DNA of 63,242 nucleotides, the filler included, from Octopus bimaculoides (taxonomy: Eukaryota), in the NCBI RefSeq assembly GCF_001194135.2. It is 6 parts of 6 records of this genome, joined end to end, with 100 filler letters (N's around TTAATTAATTAA, not from the genome) between each part and the next. Parts side by side here need not be neighbours in the genome. Positions count along the whole stretch, not along the records: positions 34,948 to 61,959 come from NC_069002.1; 5 more parts are not named here. One strand, written 5' to 3'. The stretch's first letter is position 1; every line of letters starts with the position of its first letter. The position numbers were made by a program, and so were the translations under genes. Positions 40,782 through 53,930 of the stretch are shown piece after piece. The notes under the pieces are model-generated. The model had not been told where the DNA came from and ran no database searches. It saw only the letters and a program-made list of their open reading frames with translations.

Positions 40782-43107
40782 AACGCACCTGAGGATAGAG
40801 AAATATAACAACGAGAGTCATTAAAAAACGGAAGCTTTTTTTCTTACAAAGAAGCAAAAGTCTACAGCTGAAATGTAGGTAACAATTCATTTTCAGCTAT
40901 TCAAATTTATTTCACTGAAAATCCAATCTTTACGACATGATCAATCAAACAATTAATAAACAAGGTAAAAGAGATGTGGCCAATCAAAGGAAACGTGGCG
41001 GAGAACAATAACAAAAAATCTAAAAAGCAGAGGGTTAACAATGGAACAAGCTGTCAAGGGTAATTTCAGTGATGGAAGGTGGGACGACATTGCTGTCTCC
41101 TTAAGTACCACAAGGCACAATGACAACCGAATGAATGACTGAAACAATATAGCTAAGTTAATTGTACCAATACTACTGATATGAAAATATAATTTAGGTG
41201 AAGATGATGTCTTCGAAGCATTTATCCGTTAATATTCTCCATAGTGTTAACAGTGAATGAAAAGTTTTTACTTCAAGTATATCTGGCTTCTATAATTATA
41301 TCATTGTTATTTCTGTCACGGTGGAATTTTGTATGTGAAATGTACACAGTCAAATATATTTTCTTTATTTCCTCTAACCGAAACCAGTTTCACTGTATAT
41401 TTAATTAACATGTTGCATTGGTATCTAACACCATACCTGAATAAGCATAATTGTCTGTGGCTTAAACGTCATATGGTCCTCGCACAAACAATTATGTAAT
41501 CAACATCCTTTAAAATGCAACACTTACCCCCACAATTTCGGGCCTTGTGCCTAAAGTAGAAAAGAATAAATGTCCTCTCTATTTCTTGTATCTATTCAGC
41601 TACTAATCTCGGTAAGGAAAAACTAGGCAATGGACCGATGAAGAGGTACTCCAGGAGTACGTCTCATACCAGTAGAAAGTTATGCATTAGTACACATACG
41701 GCAATTTGGAGAATGCTAACGAGCATTAACAGTAAACTCTGCTGGACCTGCGATAAATGTGTCACATTTCAGCTGGAAGACCATTGCCAACCTGGAACTG
41801 GAACATATCGATTTTGTTCTTCCTGTGGGGAAGTTTTCGGTAATTCTCCAAAAATTTTTCTGGTTTCTTCATTATCTTTTAGACATGGCACGGTTGCTAC
41901 NNNNNNNNNNNNNNNNNNNNNNNNNNNNNNNNNNNNNNNNNNNNNNNNNNNNNNNNNNNNNNNNNNNNNNNNNNNNNNNNNNNNNNNNNNNNNNNNNNNN
42001 NNNNNNNNNNNNNNNNNNNNNNNNNNNNNNNNNNNNNNNNNNNNNNNNNNNNNNNNNNNNNNNNNNNNNNNNNNNNNNNNNNNNNNNNNNNNNNNNNNNN
42101 NNNNNNNNNNNNNNNNNNNNNNNNNNNNNNNNNNNNNNNNNNNNNNNNNNNNNNNNNNNNNNNNNNNNNNNNNNNNNNNNNNNNNNNNNNNNNNNNNNNN
42201 NNNNNNNNNNNNNNNNNNNNNNNNNNNNNNNNNNNNNNNNNNNNNNNNNNNNNNNNNNNNNNNNNNNNNNNNNNNNNNNNNNNNNNNNNNNNNNNNNNNN
42301 NNNNNNNNNNNNNNNNNNNNNNNNNNNNAGTACGCAACTGGTACTTAATTTATCGATCCCCGAAAAGATGAAAGACAAAGTCGACCTCGGAAGAATTTGA
42401 ACTCAGAACGTAAAGACAGACGAAATACCGCTAAGCATTTCGCCCGGCGTGCTAACGTTTCTGCCAGCCCTCCGCCTTAAAATTGCTCAAATATCATTGT
42501 ATGGAGGAGAGGTTTGATGCATGTGAATGTCTCGTCTCAAATTCAGACAATGAGGACATCTTTTGTAAACTATTGAGAAATGTATAAATCGCTAATATCC
42601 AGCCAAAAGTGAAATTTTGTAAAACATTCCGGTTATCTTCTCTCTTTGCGGATAGCCGGACTGTACACATGCAAACATGCAACAAGCATCAAGCTCTACC
42701 ACTACCACTACCACCATCATCACTACCATAGCATACTCAGTCTATTGTTATTACTTAATCACATACAGCCACAATGAATAATTTAAATGTTACATACTTG
42801 TTAGATTCGAACGGTATTTATATAAAGAGAGCTCAGTAGACTTTCTCTTGTGTAAAATTCAAACTGGTTGATGAGGGTTGTGTAGTGTTTCTTATTCAGT
42901 GAACAGCTTTAAACCTTGCTTGCTCCAGCTTGTGCTTCTTTCTGTCTTTCTGAATTTACTCTCACAAGAGATTCGTCTTTTTGTTCACACACATACACAC
43001 ACTCGCACACCACACACACATTTGCACATGCATACATACATACATACATACATACATACATACATACATACATACATAATACATACATACGTACGTACGT
43101 ACATACA

Positions 43108-43143
<36 letters not shown>

Positions 43144-44099
43144 TCACGGGCATGGTTTATGCGATGTGACTTACCATTTACTGACACTTGCAGTTCCACA
43201 GCTGTCGAGCTACACATATCAGAACAATAGATGCGCGTCAAGAAGTTTACAGATTTCCACACGATGTTAGTTTACTGATTGTTGAATAACCAAAAATCCG
43301 ATCATAACATCTCTACGTAGCACAGCTTACACTGGATTCAAAACTGCATGATGGACGGGTTTTTACGACTTAGTTCCTCGGCTGATAGAAGAATAAAAGA
43401 AGATATAGCAATAAATAATATTGGCCAGGTATAACTAATCAACCAGCGCTGTAGTTGTTATGTCTCTACTTGTTGCCAATGATTAATGTATCTTGTATCA
43501 GTTTCTATGTTTTATTATTGTTTCGTTGCGATCCGGCGGCATCTGTTGCAAGCTGAGCAAAATGGTGAGCGGGTTTCCTCCGCCCTCACTTTCTGAGTTC
43601 GAATCCACCGATATCTATTTTGCTTTCCGTCCTTTCCCAATCGGTAAAATAAGTACCAGTTTTGTGCTGGGGTTGATGTAATTAGATATCTAATACCATT
43701 TTCGCTACATTCTGTATATATTTCTAGTAATGTTCGCAGCCACTTCAAAATGGCTGTCCGTTCGAACGGACTTTACTGTGATTTATTAAGTCCATGAGAA
43801 CATCTCTTCTAGCTGGTTAACGATGCGCAGTAGCATCCGAGATATTGCGAGCGGGGGAGCAAACCCATACCACCTTCTAACGTTAGGACCAGCAGACCAG
43901 CCTGGTTTCGGTCTCTTTCTGCCTCATTTCAGTACTGGACACCTCCTCTGTCTCGTTTATCTATGCCCCCAATATTAAGAGCATCCAATTTAGACCCCTA
44001 GGCCACAGGAAGAGCCAGGATCTTGATTCCGATCTAGGGACTGCAACAGATGCCCGGTGGGAGGCCACTGCGAAATCAAAGAGGTTGTCTATAAAGCCG

Positions 44100-44700
44100 A
44101 AGTACTAGTAAATCCTAGCAATACCCCCGGTAGAAGCAGTAGCAGCCATACACAAGAACAGAACCAGCAACACCGCCACCATCGCCACAGTTAACAACAT
44201 TAGCAACATTAGCAATAACAGCACCAGGGACAGCATTGCTAGTTCACCCGACGACATCAACAGCAGTAACAACAATAGTATCACCATCAGCACCAGCATT
44301 ACCAAACAGCTTTCCTAACGTCCACATTAGCAGACCTGACAACCCCTATAGCAGCAACAGCAGCAGCAGGTCCAGTGGCACCGCCAGCAATAACGGCAAT
44401 AATGGCAGCAGTGACAACAGCAGAAGCAGCGACATTGGTCCTGGCAGAAACACCGGCAGAACCACAGCTGATGACACCTCTAGCAGCAATGGAAACTTTG
44501 CCACCACCGACGAGGACCACAATAAAAACAATAGCGCCTTCACCCTAACGGACAGTGGCGATACTGCTACCGACGTCACCACCTCCTCCAGCTACGCCAA
44601 CACCAGCAGTCCCGCACCAACAACAGCAATGTTGACGGCAGCATCAGCATCAGCATCAGCGGCAGCAGCAGCAGCAACAACAACAACACCAGAAGGTACA
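44100..44700. repeat. Degenerate CAG/CAA/CAC trinucleotide low-complexity tract
   Basis: Long imperfect cagcaa/cagcac periodicity that leaves ORFs open on both strands. Confidence 0.75.
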
Positions 44701-44899
44701 GCTCCGACAACACACGCCTACGGAGAAACAATGGATATTCCGCGAACGGAATTTCAAGCAACGTCTCTCCAACCAAATTTCAGGCCTTGTGCCTATAGTA
44801 GAAAGGATTATTATTATTATTGTTATTATTATCATTATTATCATCATTCCTAATAATTAATTATTTCATATTTTATTCCACGTATCTTAATATAATATT

Positions 44900-46560
44900 A
44901 TTGTAATTGAACTTTATAATACATATTTATATCTATTAAGTCATCCAAATTATATTTTGTCCTAGTTTTTATTTTATTTTTATTTGTACTTTTTAGTTAC
45001 AAATTCATAGTGCGTATATGCTAAACATTTTTTACGCTTACTGTTAAGAAGTTTGGGCTTAGATTTTAAAATTTGGAAGATTTCATCAATACAAATATCA
45101 CAACGCGCATTGGCTACTTTACAAGATATAGCATGGCGGATAATTTCCACCTTGAAGTTAAAATCCTCATTTTTGTCCTTTAATTCCCAAATAAAGTTGC
45201 TTTCACTGGTGCTAGTTGAGTTATTTTTGTTTCTAAATATGTTGTTTCATGATTGGCGATTCTTCACTTAATAAAATTTGCCGTGGAACCTATGTAATAA
45301 GAATTTGGTCCCTCAGATTCTACTTTGCATCTACATACCACGTTTTTCTGTTTGCAAAGATTATTAAGCGGAGTGTTATCTTTAAATTTGCAATCATAAT
45401 GAGTATTTTTATCTTTCTCTATAATTCTGTGGTCAATACTAATCTTGTCCATAGCGTTAGTTTTTTCCCTTATAATTCCATGGTTAAAATTAGATTACCT
45501 ACCTTTCTCCACTGTGAGAACTAATTTCTTGCGCATTAGAATTGGAAATAATCTGGTTACTGTTTGAGATATTATTATTGCACATGCATCTATTATTATA
45601 GAAACTGTTCAATTTTTTGTTATTTAGTTAATAAATGATCTGAGAAACATTAATTGAGACGGAAAAAGCAAATTTAACTAATCCCGTGTTAATTCTCTCA
45701 TGAAACTTATTTTCTTGAATAGAATATTTGGAGATAATTTTGTAAAATGATTTGATTTAAATTACTTTTAATTTGTTTAGCGAATGGCATTACCAGCCAT
45801 AAAATATTGATTTTATTAGAATCTTTATCATAATGATTTATTTCTGGGTTAATTACATTTATAAATAGGTTATGCTGTTTAGTTTATTTTTATGAATTTT
45901 ATTATCAAGGCTTTGCGTATGAATTGTATTATCAAGGCTTTATTGACTCTAACTCCATTTATTTATTTATGTATTCAGAATTATTAATGTTATAAATGTT
46001 GTTATAATATAAAGCTGTAGGCTGTTTGCATTTATGATTAATTTTTAGATTTATCTGCTCTGTATTATTATCGTTCATACTGGACTAGAATTCAGCGTGT
46101 AATATTTTATTGTTATTTAGTGTATATTTATTAAAACCATAATGTTTATTCTGCCTTGAGTATTTAGAATTTTGGTCGCTCATAATTTTATCCAAGTTAT
46201 TCCTATTACTGTAGTTATTGCTCGGTTCGTAATATTTTAACGCTTGTTTATAACCAGCCTTCCTAAGTGCCAAGTTATAATAATCTTCATTAACGTTGAA
46301 AATTTCCTCATTCGGTGAAAGATACGAAATTCTTCTTGAAATATTCCAAATCCAAGAATTTGTGACAAATCTAGGATGATTACTTCCTACATTTATACAC
46401 CTTGGGTTGGCGTTAAGTTTATGGTAGGATTTATGCTTCCCAGTGACAAGGTTTAGTTTCACCCGATCGTTCATCAGGTGATTCTTCTTGTGTCAGATTT
46501 TCACTCCGAGGAAATATTTAACTCGCTATTTCAAGATGCGATTTTTAATTTATTAACTTG
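44900..46560 (-). mobile_element. Second Penelope-like retroelement, degraded
   Basis: INVGSNHP...NISRRISYLS..FN...YYNLALRKAGY (46085-46474), PLNNLCKQKNVV...YYIGST (45264-45452) and IIRHAISCKVANARCDIC near 45080-45150. Confidence 0.8.
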
Positions 46561-48184
46561 TAATTGAACAAGTTGAGTATGGAAACGGATGTGAGTAGCA
46601 GAGAATCTCGACATTATGTGAAATTGAATTTTATCAGTTAAAACTCTCCATTTCCTCTTTATTTTATATACATATATATATATNNNNNNNNNNNNNNNNN
46701 NNNNNNNNNNNNNNNNNNNNNNNNNNNNNNNNNNNNNNNNNNNNNNNNNNNNNNNNNNNNNNNNNNNNNNNNNNNNNNNNNNNNNNNNNNNNNNNNNNNN
46801 NNNNNNNNNNNNNNNNNNNNNNNNNNNNNNNNNNNNNNNNNNNNNNNNNNNNNNNNNNNNNNNNNNNNNNNNNNNNNNNNNNNNNNNNNNNNNNNNNNNN
46901 NNNNNNNNNNNNNNNNNNNNNNNNNNNNNNNNNNNNNNNNNNNNNNNNNNNNNNNNNNNNNNNNNNNNNNNNNNNNNNNNNNNNNNNNNNNNNNNNNNNN
47001 NNNNNNNNNNNNNNNNNNNNNNNNNNNNNNNNNNNNNNNNNNNNNNNNNNNNNNNNNNNNNNNNNNNNNNNNNNNNNNNNNNNNNNNNNNNNNNNNNNNN
47101 NNNNNNNNNNNNNNNNNNNNNNNNNNNNNNNNNNNNNNNNNNNNNNNNNNNNNNNNNNNNNNNNNNNNNNNNNNNNNNNNNNNNNNNNNNNNNNNNNNNN
47201 NNNNNNNNNNNNNNNNNNNNNNNNNNNNNNNNNNNNNNNNNNNNNNNNNNNNNNNNNNNNNNNNNNNNNNNNNNNNNNNNNNNNNNNNNNNNNNNNNNNN
47301 NNNNNNNNNNNNNNNNNNNNNNNNNNNNNNNNNNNNNNNNNNNNNNNNNNNNNNNNNNNNNNNNNNNNNNNNNNNNNNNNNNNNNNNNNNNNNNNNNNNN
47401 NNNNNNNNNNNNNNNNNNNNNNNNNNNNNNNNNNNNNNNNNNNNNNNNNNNNNNNNNNNNNNNNNNNNNNNNNNNNNNNNNNNNNNNNNNNNNNNNNNNN
47501 NNNNNNNNNNNNNNNNNNNNNNNNNNNNNNNNNNNNNNNNNNNNNNNNNNNNNNNNNTATATATATATACAAAATTTTGATTTAAAAAACTTTAACGATA
47601 TTATAAACTATAAAGATTAATAATTAATCAAATATTATTAATCAAAAATAATCGAAAATATATCAACACTATTCAAATCGAAGTTCTAATATTATGTTGA
47701 AATGAAACTATAACTTCTAAATAATTTAGTGTTAAATAAGTTATCTATTAAAAAACCAAATGAATAGTATAAAAACAAGAATACATATTATTTTCAAATA
47801 GTAGAAAATCTTTAGCAAAGTGAAAACAGTACTTATCCAAATATATATGTATATATCAAAAAATTGATTAATGTGATGAGGTTCAATATTACTAATTGAT
47901 GTGGCTCGAACACCTGTGTCGAGCAATAATAAGTCGTAACTAGAATAACTCATTTCAAACAATATCAAATTTATGTTTTCAGTTATGTCAATGTTCCTCA
48001 CTGAACGTCAGAGCAACATCTGCGTTTCAAGAAATTAGGCTACAGATATCTGAAGAAGTAATGTCAGGTTGTAACATCTCTTTTCAACATATCTTAGCCA
48101 GGGTTTCAAACAATTACTGTATGGTGGATAGATTTTATGACTGATTATTTCTAATACGTTCCGGTATTTCTTCTTGATATTTTC

Positions 48185-50110
48185 CCAGTCAGTTTACGAG
48201 TTTTATCGTAATATGCCGGACTTGTTCGGGCCCATACCGGCCAGCGTCCACACAAACTGACCACAGAATGGGAGGATTACCAGCTCCGTGAGTTGGGGAG
48301 TGGTGACGTTGATCAGAAAGGACCCGAGAAAGGGGGATATTATAAGTAACTTCAGGCCCATAATTCTACCCAATGTAGAGTTAAACATTTTGGCCAATGT
48401 GTTAGCCAAAAGGTTGACGCGTGTCGTGGAGAAACTTGTAGGGAAGGCGTAGTCATGCGCCATCCTAGACAGGTCTATTCAGGACAATCTTCACCTCTTG
48501 TCTTCACCTTAGGTAGGGTGGGTAAATCCAGGACAATCTTCACCTCCAATTTTCACCTTAGATAGCGTGAGTAAATTTACCGGCAAAGGTGGGGGCACTG
48601 GTCCATTTAGACCAAAGTAAAGCTTTCTATAGGGTAGACCACTAATACCTGGCGGCGGTCCTCGAAGCGGCTGAGCTGGGCACGGATTTCCGTGGTTGGA
48701 TCACTGCCATTTATAGCGGCATCAAATCCACCGTCCAGATAAACGGTTACCTGTCGGAGCCGTTTCAGATCAAGCGCTCGGTTCATCAAGGGTGTCCGCT
48801 GTCTCCATTTCTGTATGTGATGGCTCTTGAGCCATTACTGTGCAAGTTGGAGAATTTGGGGGTGCATCCCCAATGAAATCGGATGCGGCAAGTCTGTCTC
48901 TGCTTATACAGATGACGTCACCATCACCGTGTCCAATGAAGCCCAGCTACCTTGCGTAGAGGACGCTATTAAAGGATACGAGGCGGTGGCAGGGGCAAAA
49001 GTTAACAAGGACAAGTCGATTGGCTTGCTCCTCAGCACCTGGAGGAGTAAGTCGATATCGTCCAGTGTCGTGGGTCACTGGACAGATGATCCTGTTAAGT
49101 TGCTCGGAGTTTGGTTAGGACCAGACTCCCAGACGGAGAAGAATTGGAGCGAGGTGGCAGACAGGGTTGAGGCTCTAGTCCGGACTTGGTCTGGAAGGGC
49201 TTTGTCCCTGAAAGAAGGGCGGGAGTGGTACAGGTGTTTATTGCATCTGTTATCACCTACCGCTTAACCGTTGTCCCTTGCCCCGATTCGTGGCTAAGCA
49301 AGATGGAGCGCCTTCTCTTCCGCTTGTTGTGGAAGGGAGGAAAGTCACTTGTGAGGCGCTCCGTTTCCTGCCAGGAACCGCTAAAGGGTGGGTTAGGGAT
49401 GCCCTGGTTAATGATGCGCAGACATGCACTGAGGCCAAAGGGATATCTGGCTCTATCTGGAAGGTGACCAGGTGTGGAATCGGCTGGTGGAGGAATTCTT
49501 TCCGCGACCAGCCTCCTTGGAGAGAGTTAAAAAAGAGTGTCGTCAGGCACTCATGCTAATCCACAAGGCGGGCAAGGCCGGCAGTGGGAATACCACCTCA
49601 GTTTTGTATAAAGGGCTGGTAGAGTTAAAAAATGATGACGTCTTAGGAGGGGCTCTGGGGTTCGATGAGAACCAACTTGCCAACCTGTTCCGAAATCTTT
49701 CAGGCCGGGGTATTTGGATAATTACCAAAGACCCCTGGCCTGGCAGTGCTACAGCAATGCTTTACCTATTCACGATAAATTGTCAAAGCACAGAATGTCA
49801 GTGGCAACGGCATGTCCAAGATGTGGGCTGGACGATGAAACCGTCCAGCAAGCTCTTGTACAGTGCTGGGAGCTTTCAGGCTTGATAATTTACGTAGAGC
49901 ACATTTTGTAACACCTAGGCAGAATACAGCTATCAGCTGAGTCTATAATAAAGATTGTACCGCCAACCGGACTCTCAAAGGAAAGTGAGGCATATTTTCT
50001 ATATACAGTTGCAGTGTTGAAAGAGTGTGTGTGGAAGACCAGAATGCAAGGACTCGTGACGGGATCCTTCACTACTAGCCGAACAATTATTCTGTGCTGA
50101 TGAAGGGAAA
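48185..50110 (+). mobile_element. Tx1/L1-clade LINE ORF2 remnant (RT and C-terminal zinc finger)
   Basis: YEFY, NFRPIILPNVELNILANVLAKRL, VHQGCPLSPFLYVMALEPLL, SAYTDDVTI, VKLLGVWLG and ALPIHDKL...CPRCGLDDETVQQAL. Many frameshifts. Confidence 0.85.
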
Positions 50111-50760
50111 TAACCCGGAAATCGCGACACACAGATATTGTTTTGAGCTGAGTGGGGGTGCTAGATTCCCTTGTTCATAAATATAAGGACACAGATCATG
50201 TCGTATAGCCAGCTGGAGACGATTTATCCTGGGGTTACAGCAACATTCATCCTAAATTAGAACTGCTATGTTATGTCGGTAATCTTTATTCCAATATAAC
50301 TAAATGTTGGATTATTCTATTTATTGTACTAAATAATTATGTACTATTATTTTTTATAACCTATTTTCAAATTTCCTAATTATTAATTAATAATTAAGAA
50401 AAGGGAATTTTTTTAAAGTGCCAAAAATTATTTTAAATGAATTATTTTTTAAATTTTTAATAGAATTAACAAGTAATAAGAAATAGAAGTAGTAACTTGT
50501 AATAAAAGTTTTAGTTTTTATAAAAGCTAATATTTTCTAAATCTAAATATTTTATTTGAAAATTTATCCCTTAGCTGCAATATTTTAAGTAAAAATTTTC
50601 TTGTTCTGTACTCTACCAAATCTAATAACTTGTCCTGAACTTTTCCGGGTTTATAATCTTAAGAATATTTCTTTCGTTCGCATTTTCCATGTAATAAATA
50701 TATATAAAGTCAGTCGCCACTTCAAAGTGTCTGTTGAATGTTACTACTAGTTTAAACGCA

Positions 50761-51070
50761 GGTGGATTCTCCACCAGCTGGATTCTCCACCAGCTGGATT
50801 CTCCACCAGCTGGATTCTCCACCAGCTGGATTCTCCACCAGCTGGATTCTCCACCAGCTGGATTCTCCACCAGCTGGATTCTCCACCAGCTGGATTCTCC
50901 ACCAGCTGGATTCTCCACCAGTTGGATTCTCCACCAGCTGGATTCTCCGCCAGCTGGATTCTCCGCCAGCTGGATTCTCCACCAGCTGGATTCTCCGCCA
51001 GCTGGATTCTCCGCCAGCTGGATTCTCCGCCAGCTGGATCCTCCACCAGCTGGATTCTCCACCAGCTGGA
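50761..51070. repeat. 16-bp minisatellite, about 19 copies of CTCCACCAGCTGGATT
   Basis: Counted directly. Variant units (ctccgccag) cluster in the right half. Confidence 0.95.
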
Positions 51071-51776
51071 TATCAGTGTAACACTCTGCACTCTTTATAT
51101 ACAATATATTGTTAGCAGGGGTGGGGGAAGAAACCCTAACTACCCTCAAGCAGCTAACAGAATCTGCGGGCATATAACTGCGGGCGCAACAAACCACACT
51201 ATTTGTTCTGGGGTATGTAGCCCATCGCCCTCTGCACCTCCATCTTCTACTGCTTTACCACACGCTTCTTTTCTCTCGTTGCTCTACTTATATCTCTGCT
51301 TCCTGCTTCTTTGTAATTAAATGTTATAAAATAGAACTTGGAGAATACTTCTCGTTGCAATAATGCAGTGTGACACTGCAATGTAAAATTTTATCATCCA
51401 TATCCATAACTTAAAGGCGAACACAACAGCGAAGAACGAAGCACTGAGATTTTGTTACCGTTCAATAAAACAAAGAACACAGCGAAGAGTGAATCACTAA
51501 GTATTTGTCATTGTTAAATAAATTTATTTAATTGAGATTTCAATAAAATTTGACGTATTATTAGCATAAATATATTAGATATTGAATACGTTGGTCGTAT
51601 TAATTTAGGGTTGTTAGAAAACTCATAGTTGTAGATTATGGTTTACAGACTTTCTCTTCTTTTACCATTTCTGTTCTTGGTGCAACATACGTGAATTTCT
51701 TTCCAGGAAAAATTACAAAATCATTAATGTTCGTTAACATTCTATATTTCACTATGTCTCTTGATGTTTATTCATA

Positions 51777-51782
51777 GATTTC
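51777..51782 (-). promoter_or_regulatory. Candidate poly(A) signal (AATAAA) of the Cys-rich gene
   Basis: Plus-strand tttatt reads AATAAA on the minus strand, about 300 nt after the stop codon. Confidence 0.35.
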
Positions 51783-52078
51783 TACTGTGATAGGATTTGA
51801 CGATTTCTTAAATTTCAAAATTGAAAATGTAGTAGTAGTAGTATTAATAGTTGTAGTTGTAGCAGTTGTAGAGGGAGTAGGAGTAGTAGGAGGATGTAGA
51901 GAAGCAGCATCAGTAACAGCAACAACGCTTATTGATGTTCTTGTCATAGTTGAGTTTACTTTTGTTGCTTGTCTGGCCCCCTTTGCTTTGTTTGTTTTTG
52001 TGATCTCATTGATTTTCCCCTCGTATAAAACAGTCTAACGTATGTATTTGCATCCTCAAGATTCACCAGAGCAGAACG

Positions 52079-52298
52079 TCAATAAGATGGTAAATTTACA
52101 AGAAAAATCAGGAAAGCGATTACAGTTTGGCATAAACCGTTATTAGCCTCATGGATCATATTTTTTGAATTACAAGAGCACCTAAATATAAAATTACATT
52201 CACATGAATAACCAGAGCAGCAAAAAGGGCGATTTACATAGTTGTAAGAGTAGCAGACCCCCGTTGAACATGGAACATAAGGTGTCGTGTCTTCGTTA
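52079..52298 (-). CDS. Cys-rich precursor gene, copy 2: last exon (knottin/agatoxin-like 8-Cys domain plus hydrophobic tail)
   Basis: The acceptor is tattctgtatttgcag|T AAC GAA (phase 2). It encodes (S)NEDTTPYVPCSTGVCYSYNYVNRPFCCSGYSCECNFIFRCSCNSKNMIHEANNGLCQTVIAFLIFLVNLPSY*. The Cys spacing is C-x4-C-x10-CC-x4-C-x-C-x5-C-x-C. Confidence 0.75.
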
Positions 52299-52695
52299 CT
52301 GCAAATACAGAATATAGTTGGAAATAACAAATAGTATTAAATTATGTTTCTCATTAAGAGAGAAGGCAAAGAATATATAGGGGGAAGGGATCAGATGGTA
52401 CTGATGTCTTTTTTTAATCGACGGTGATATAACTAGAGAATATGAGGGGAATTGAACGCACAATATGCAGAACCGAAACAGGTACGACTAGTCCTATTTT
52501 TCTATTCTTTTAACAATTACTAACTGTGTTTTCTCGCATGTCTTAACAAGTAAGTATATAAATTTCTATCCAGAATTTTACAAGTAGATTTAAACAGTGA
52601 CAAAGGAATTAATAAATAAATATTGCTAATAGTTAGAGGGGAGGTAACAAGTAGAATATTAACGTTCGTCAGTTAATATTTGTAACAAATATGCA

Positions 52696-53174
52696 CAATA
52701 TTCCCTCGCCATATAGCGGTTTACCTATCGCGCATGCAGTACATCGCGGTTCACATATCGCTCAATCAGTACATCGCGGATTTTTCTGGCTAATATATGT
52801 AAATTGATATCGCGGACTCCTCAGAATATCGCGGATTTCTGCGGCCGATAGGTATTCATGTTTTGTTTTAATATTTTAATTATTTGTGTGGTAAAATAAG
52901 CATTTTCACGCCTAAAAATTAATGAATTAATAAATAACAATACAGTACAGTAGTGCACTGTATAACACATTAAGTAAAATACATTAAAAGAAAACACGTA
53001 TGGAAAACGAAACTCGATAGGAGAGTGTGTGGTGTTGTTTTGCATTTATAATAATATAAATATATACAAATTATAGAAATGATAAAAATTATAGTACTGT
53101 ACAGTTTCTACTTTGCAGTACTTTCTCTCAACGCGGCAGGTTTTAGAACACACGCGATAGTCGAGGGATTACTC
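52696..53174. mobile_element. pogo/Tigger-like MITE
   Basis: Imperfect TIRs caatattccctcgccatatagcg and cgcgatagtcgagggattactc, plus internal atcgcgg repeats. Confidence 0.65.
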
Positions 53175-53229
53175 CATATTAATTAGATGTGTCTACTTTT
53201 AAATTCCCCGGATAGTTTTCGATTAATAT

Positions 53230-53930
53230 CAGATATGTTGATCCTCTATATTCAAATTATGGTCGCTATTTTGACGTAATACGGAGCAAGTAAATGAAAT
53301 AAAGAGTATATTGTGCAACGTTGTCCGTGAATTGCCTGTCACATTGGAGGAAAGAAAAATTAAAGCAGAGACAGAAGAATTTACCACGAAAATGAAAAAA
53401 AAAAAAACAAGATCAGAAGAAACAAATAAAAATGCATGTTGCTGGACGTAACACAATTTCGAACTTTTATTCGATATGTGATAATGTGCTTATGTATGCA
53501 CAGAGGGTCGCAATGCCAGTCTCGCTACAAAATCGAACGTTGAAGTAATTCAGCACTGGACATCCAGGAACTTCTACAATGAAGTCACGTATGAAGAATT
53601 ATGTTTACTGACGAAAATGGATCTAGATGTTGAGAAGTTGGTAAAATCCTGCCGAGGTTGTGCTCTTACGGATCGTAAAATTATGTACATGGTGAAATGT
53701 TCAAAATAGGAACATACAAGGTACAGGAATCAGCAGAAAAGGAGGTTTGCTGAAGGAAAGAAGTACTCATGGCGGTTCTCTACGATATTTTTGATGTGCC
53801 AACACCGCTCAGAAATCGTCGGACCAAGGCGTACCAAAACAAGAAAAATAAAACATATGGAATTGCTGGAAGAAGTTCCCGAAGGAAAAAATATTAAGCT
53901 TCCAGGGGACGTAAATCTCAAATAGGAGAT
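53230..53930 (+). mobile_element. Gypsy pol remnant (integrase zinc-binding region and C-terminal piece)
   Basis: EIKSILCNVVRELPVTLEE; FSICDNVLMYAQRV; GHPGTSTMKSRMKNYVY*..MDLDVEKLVKSCRGC. Its end is duplicated at 37711-37890. Confidence 0.7.

Larger units (their letters stand above)
37711..48150. repeat. Segmental duplication, copy 1
   Basis: Collinear blocks match 53882-61310: 37711/53882, 38190/55581, 40405/56865, 41545/57838, 42600/58640, 43400/59365 and 47830/61000. Confidence 0.9.

Noticed and set aside
44236-44853. 205-aa Ser/Thr/Ala/Asn-rich ORF resembling a mucin
   Set aside because: It lies in a degenerate trinucleotide tract open on both strands, runs into a SINE tail and (TAT)n, and has no convincing splice sites.
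2136-47572. Many long ORFs consisting mostly of X
   Set aside because: They are translations through N gaps, not coding sequence.
50622-51197. Repetitive ORFs (ENPAGGESSWWRIQLV)n, and the array as a possible CRISPR
   Set aside because: The 16-bp units are contiguous with no spacers, all frames are open only because the unit lacks stops, and the context is eukaryotic.
52299-52330. MLFPTIFCICS as the N-terminus of the Cys-rich ORF
   Set aside because: This is the polypyrimidine tract and acceptor of the intron, and the two extra Cys are coincidental. The spliced signal and pro exons give a better N-terminus.
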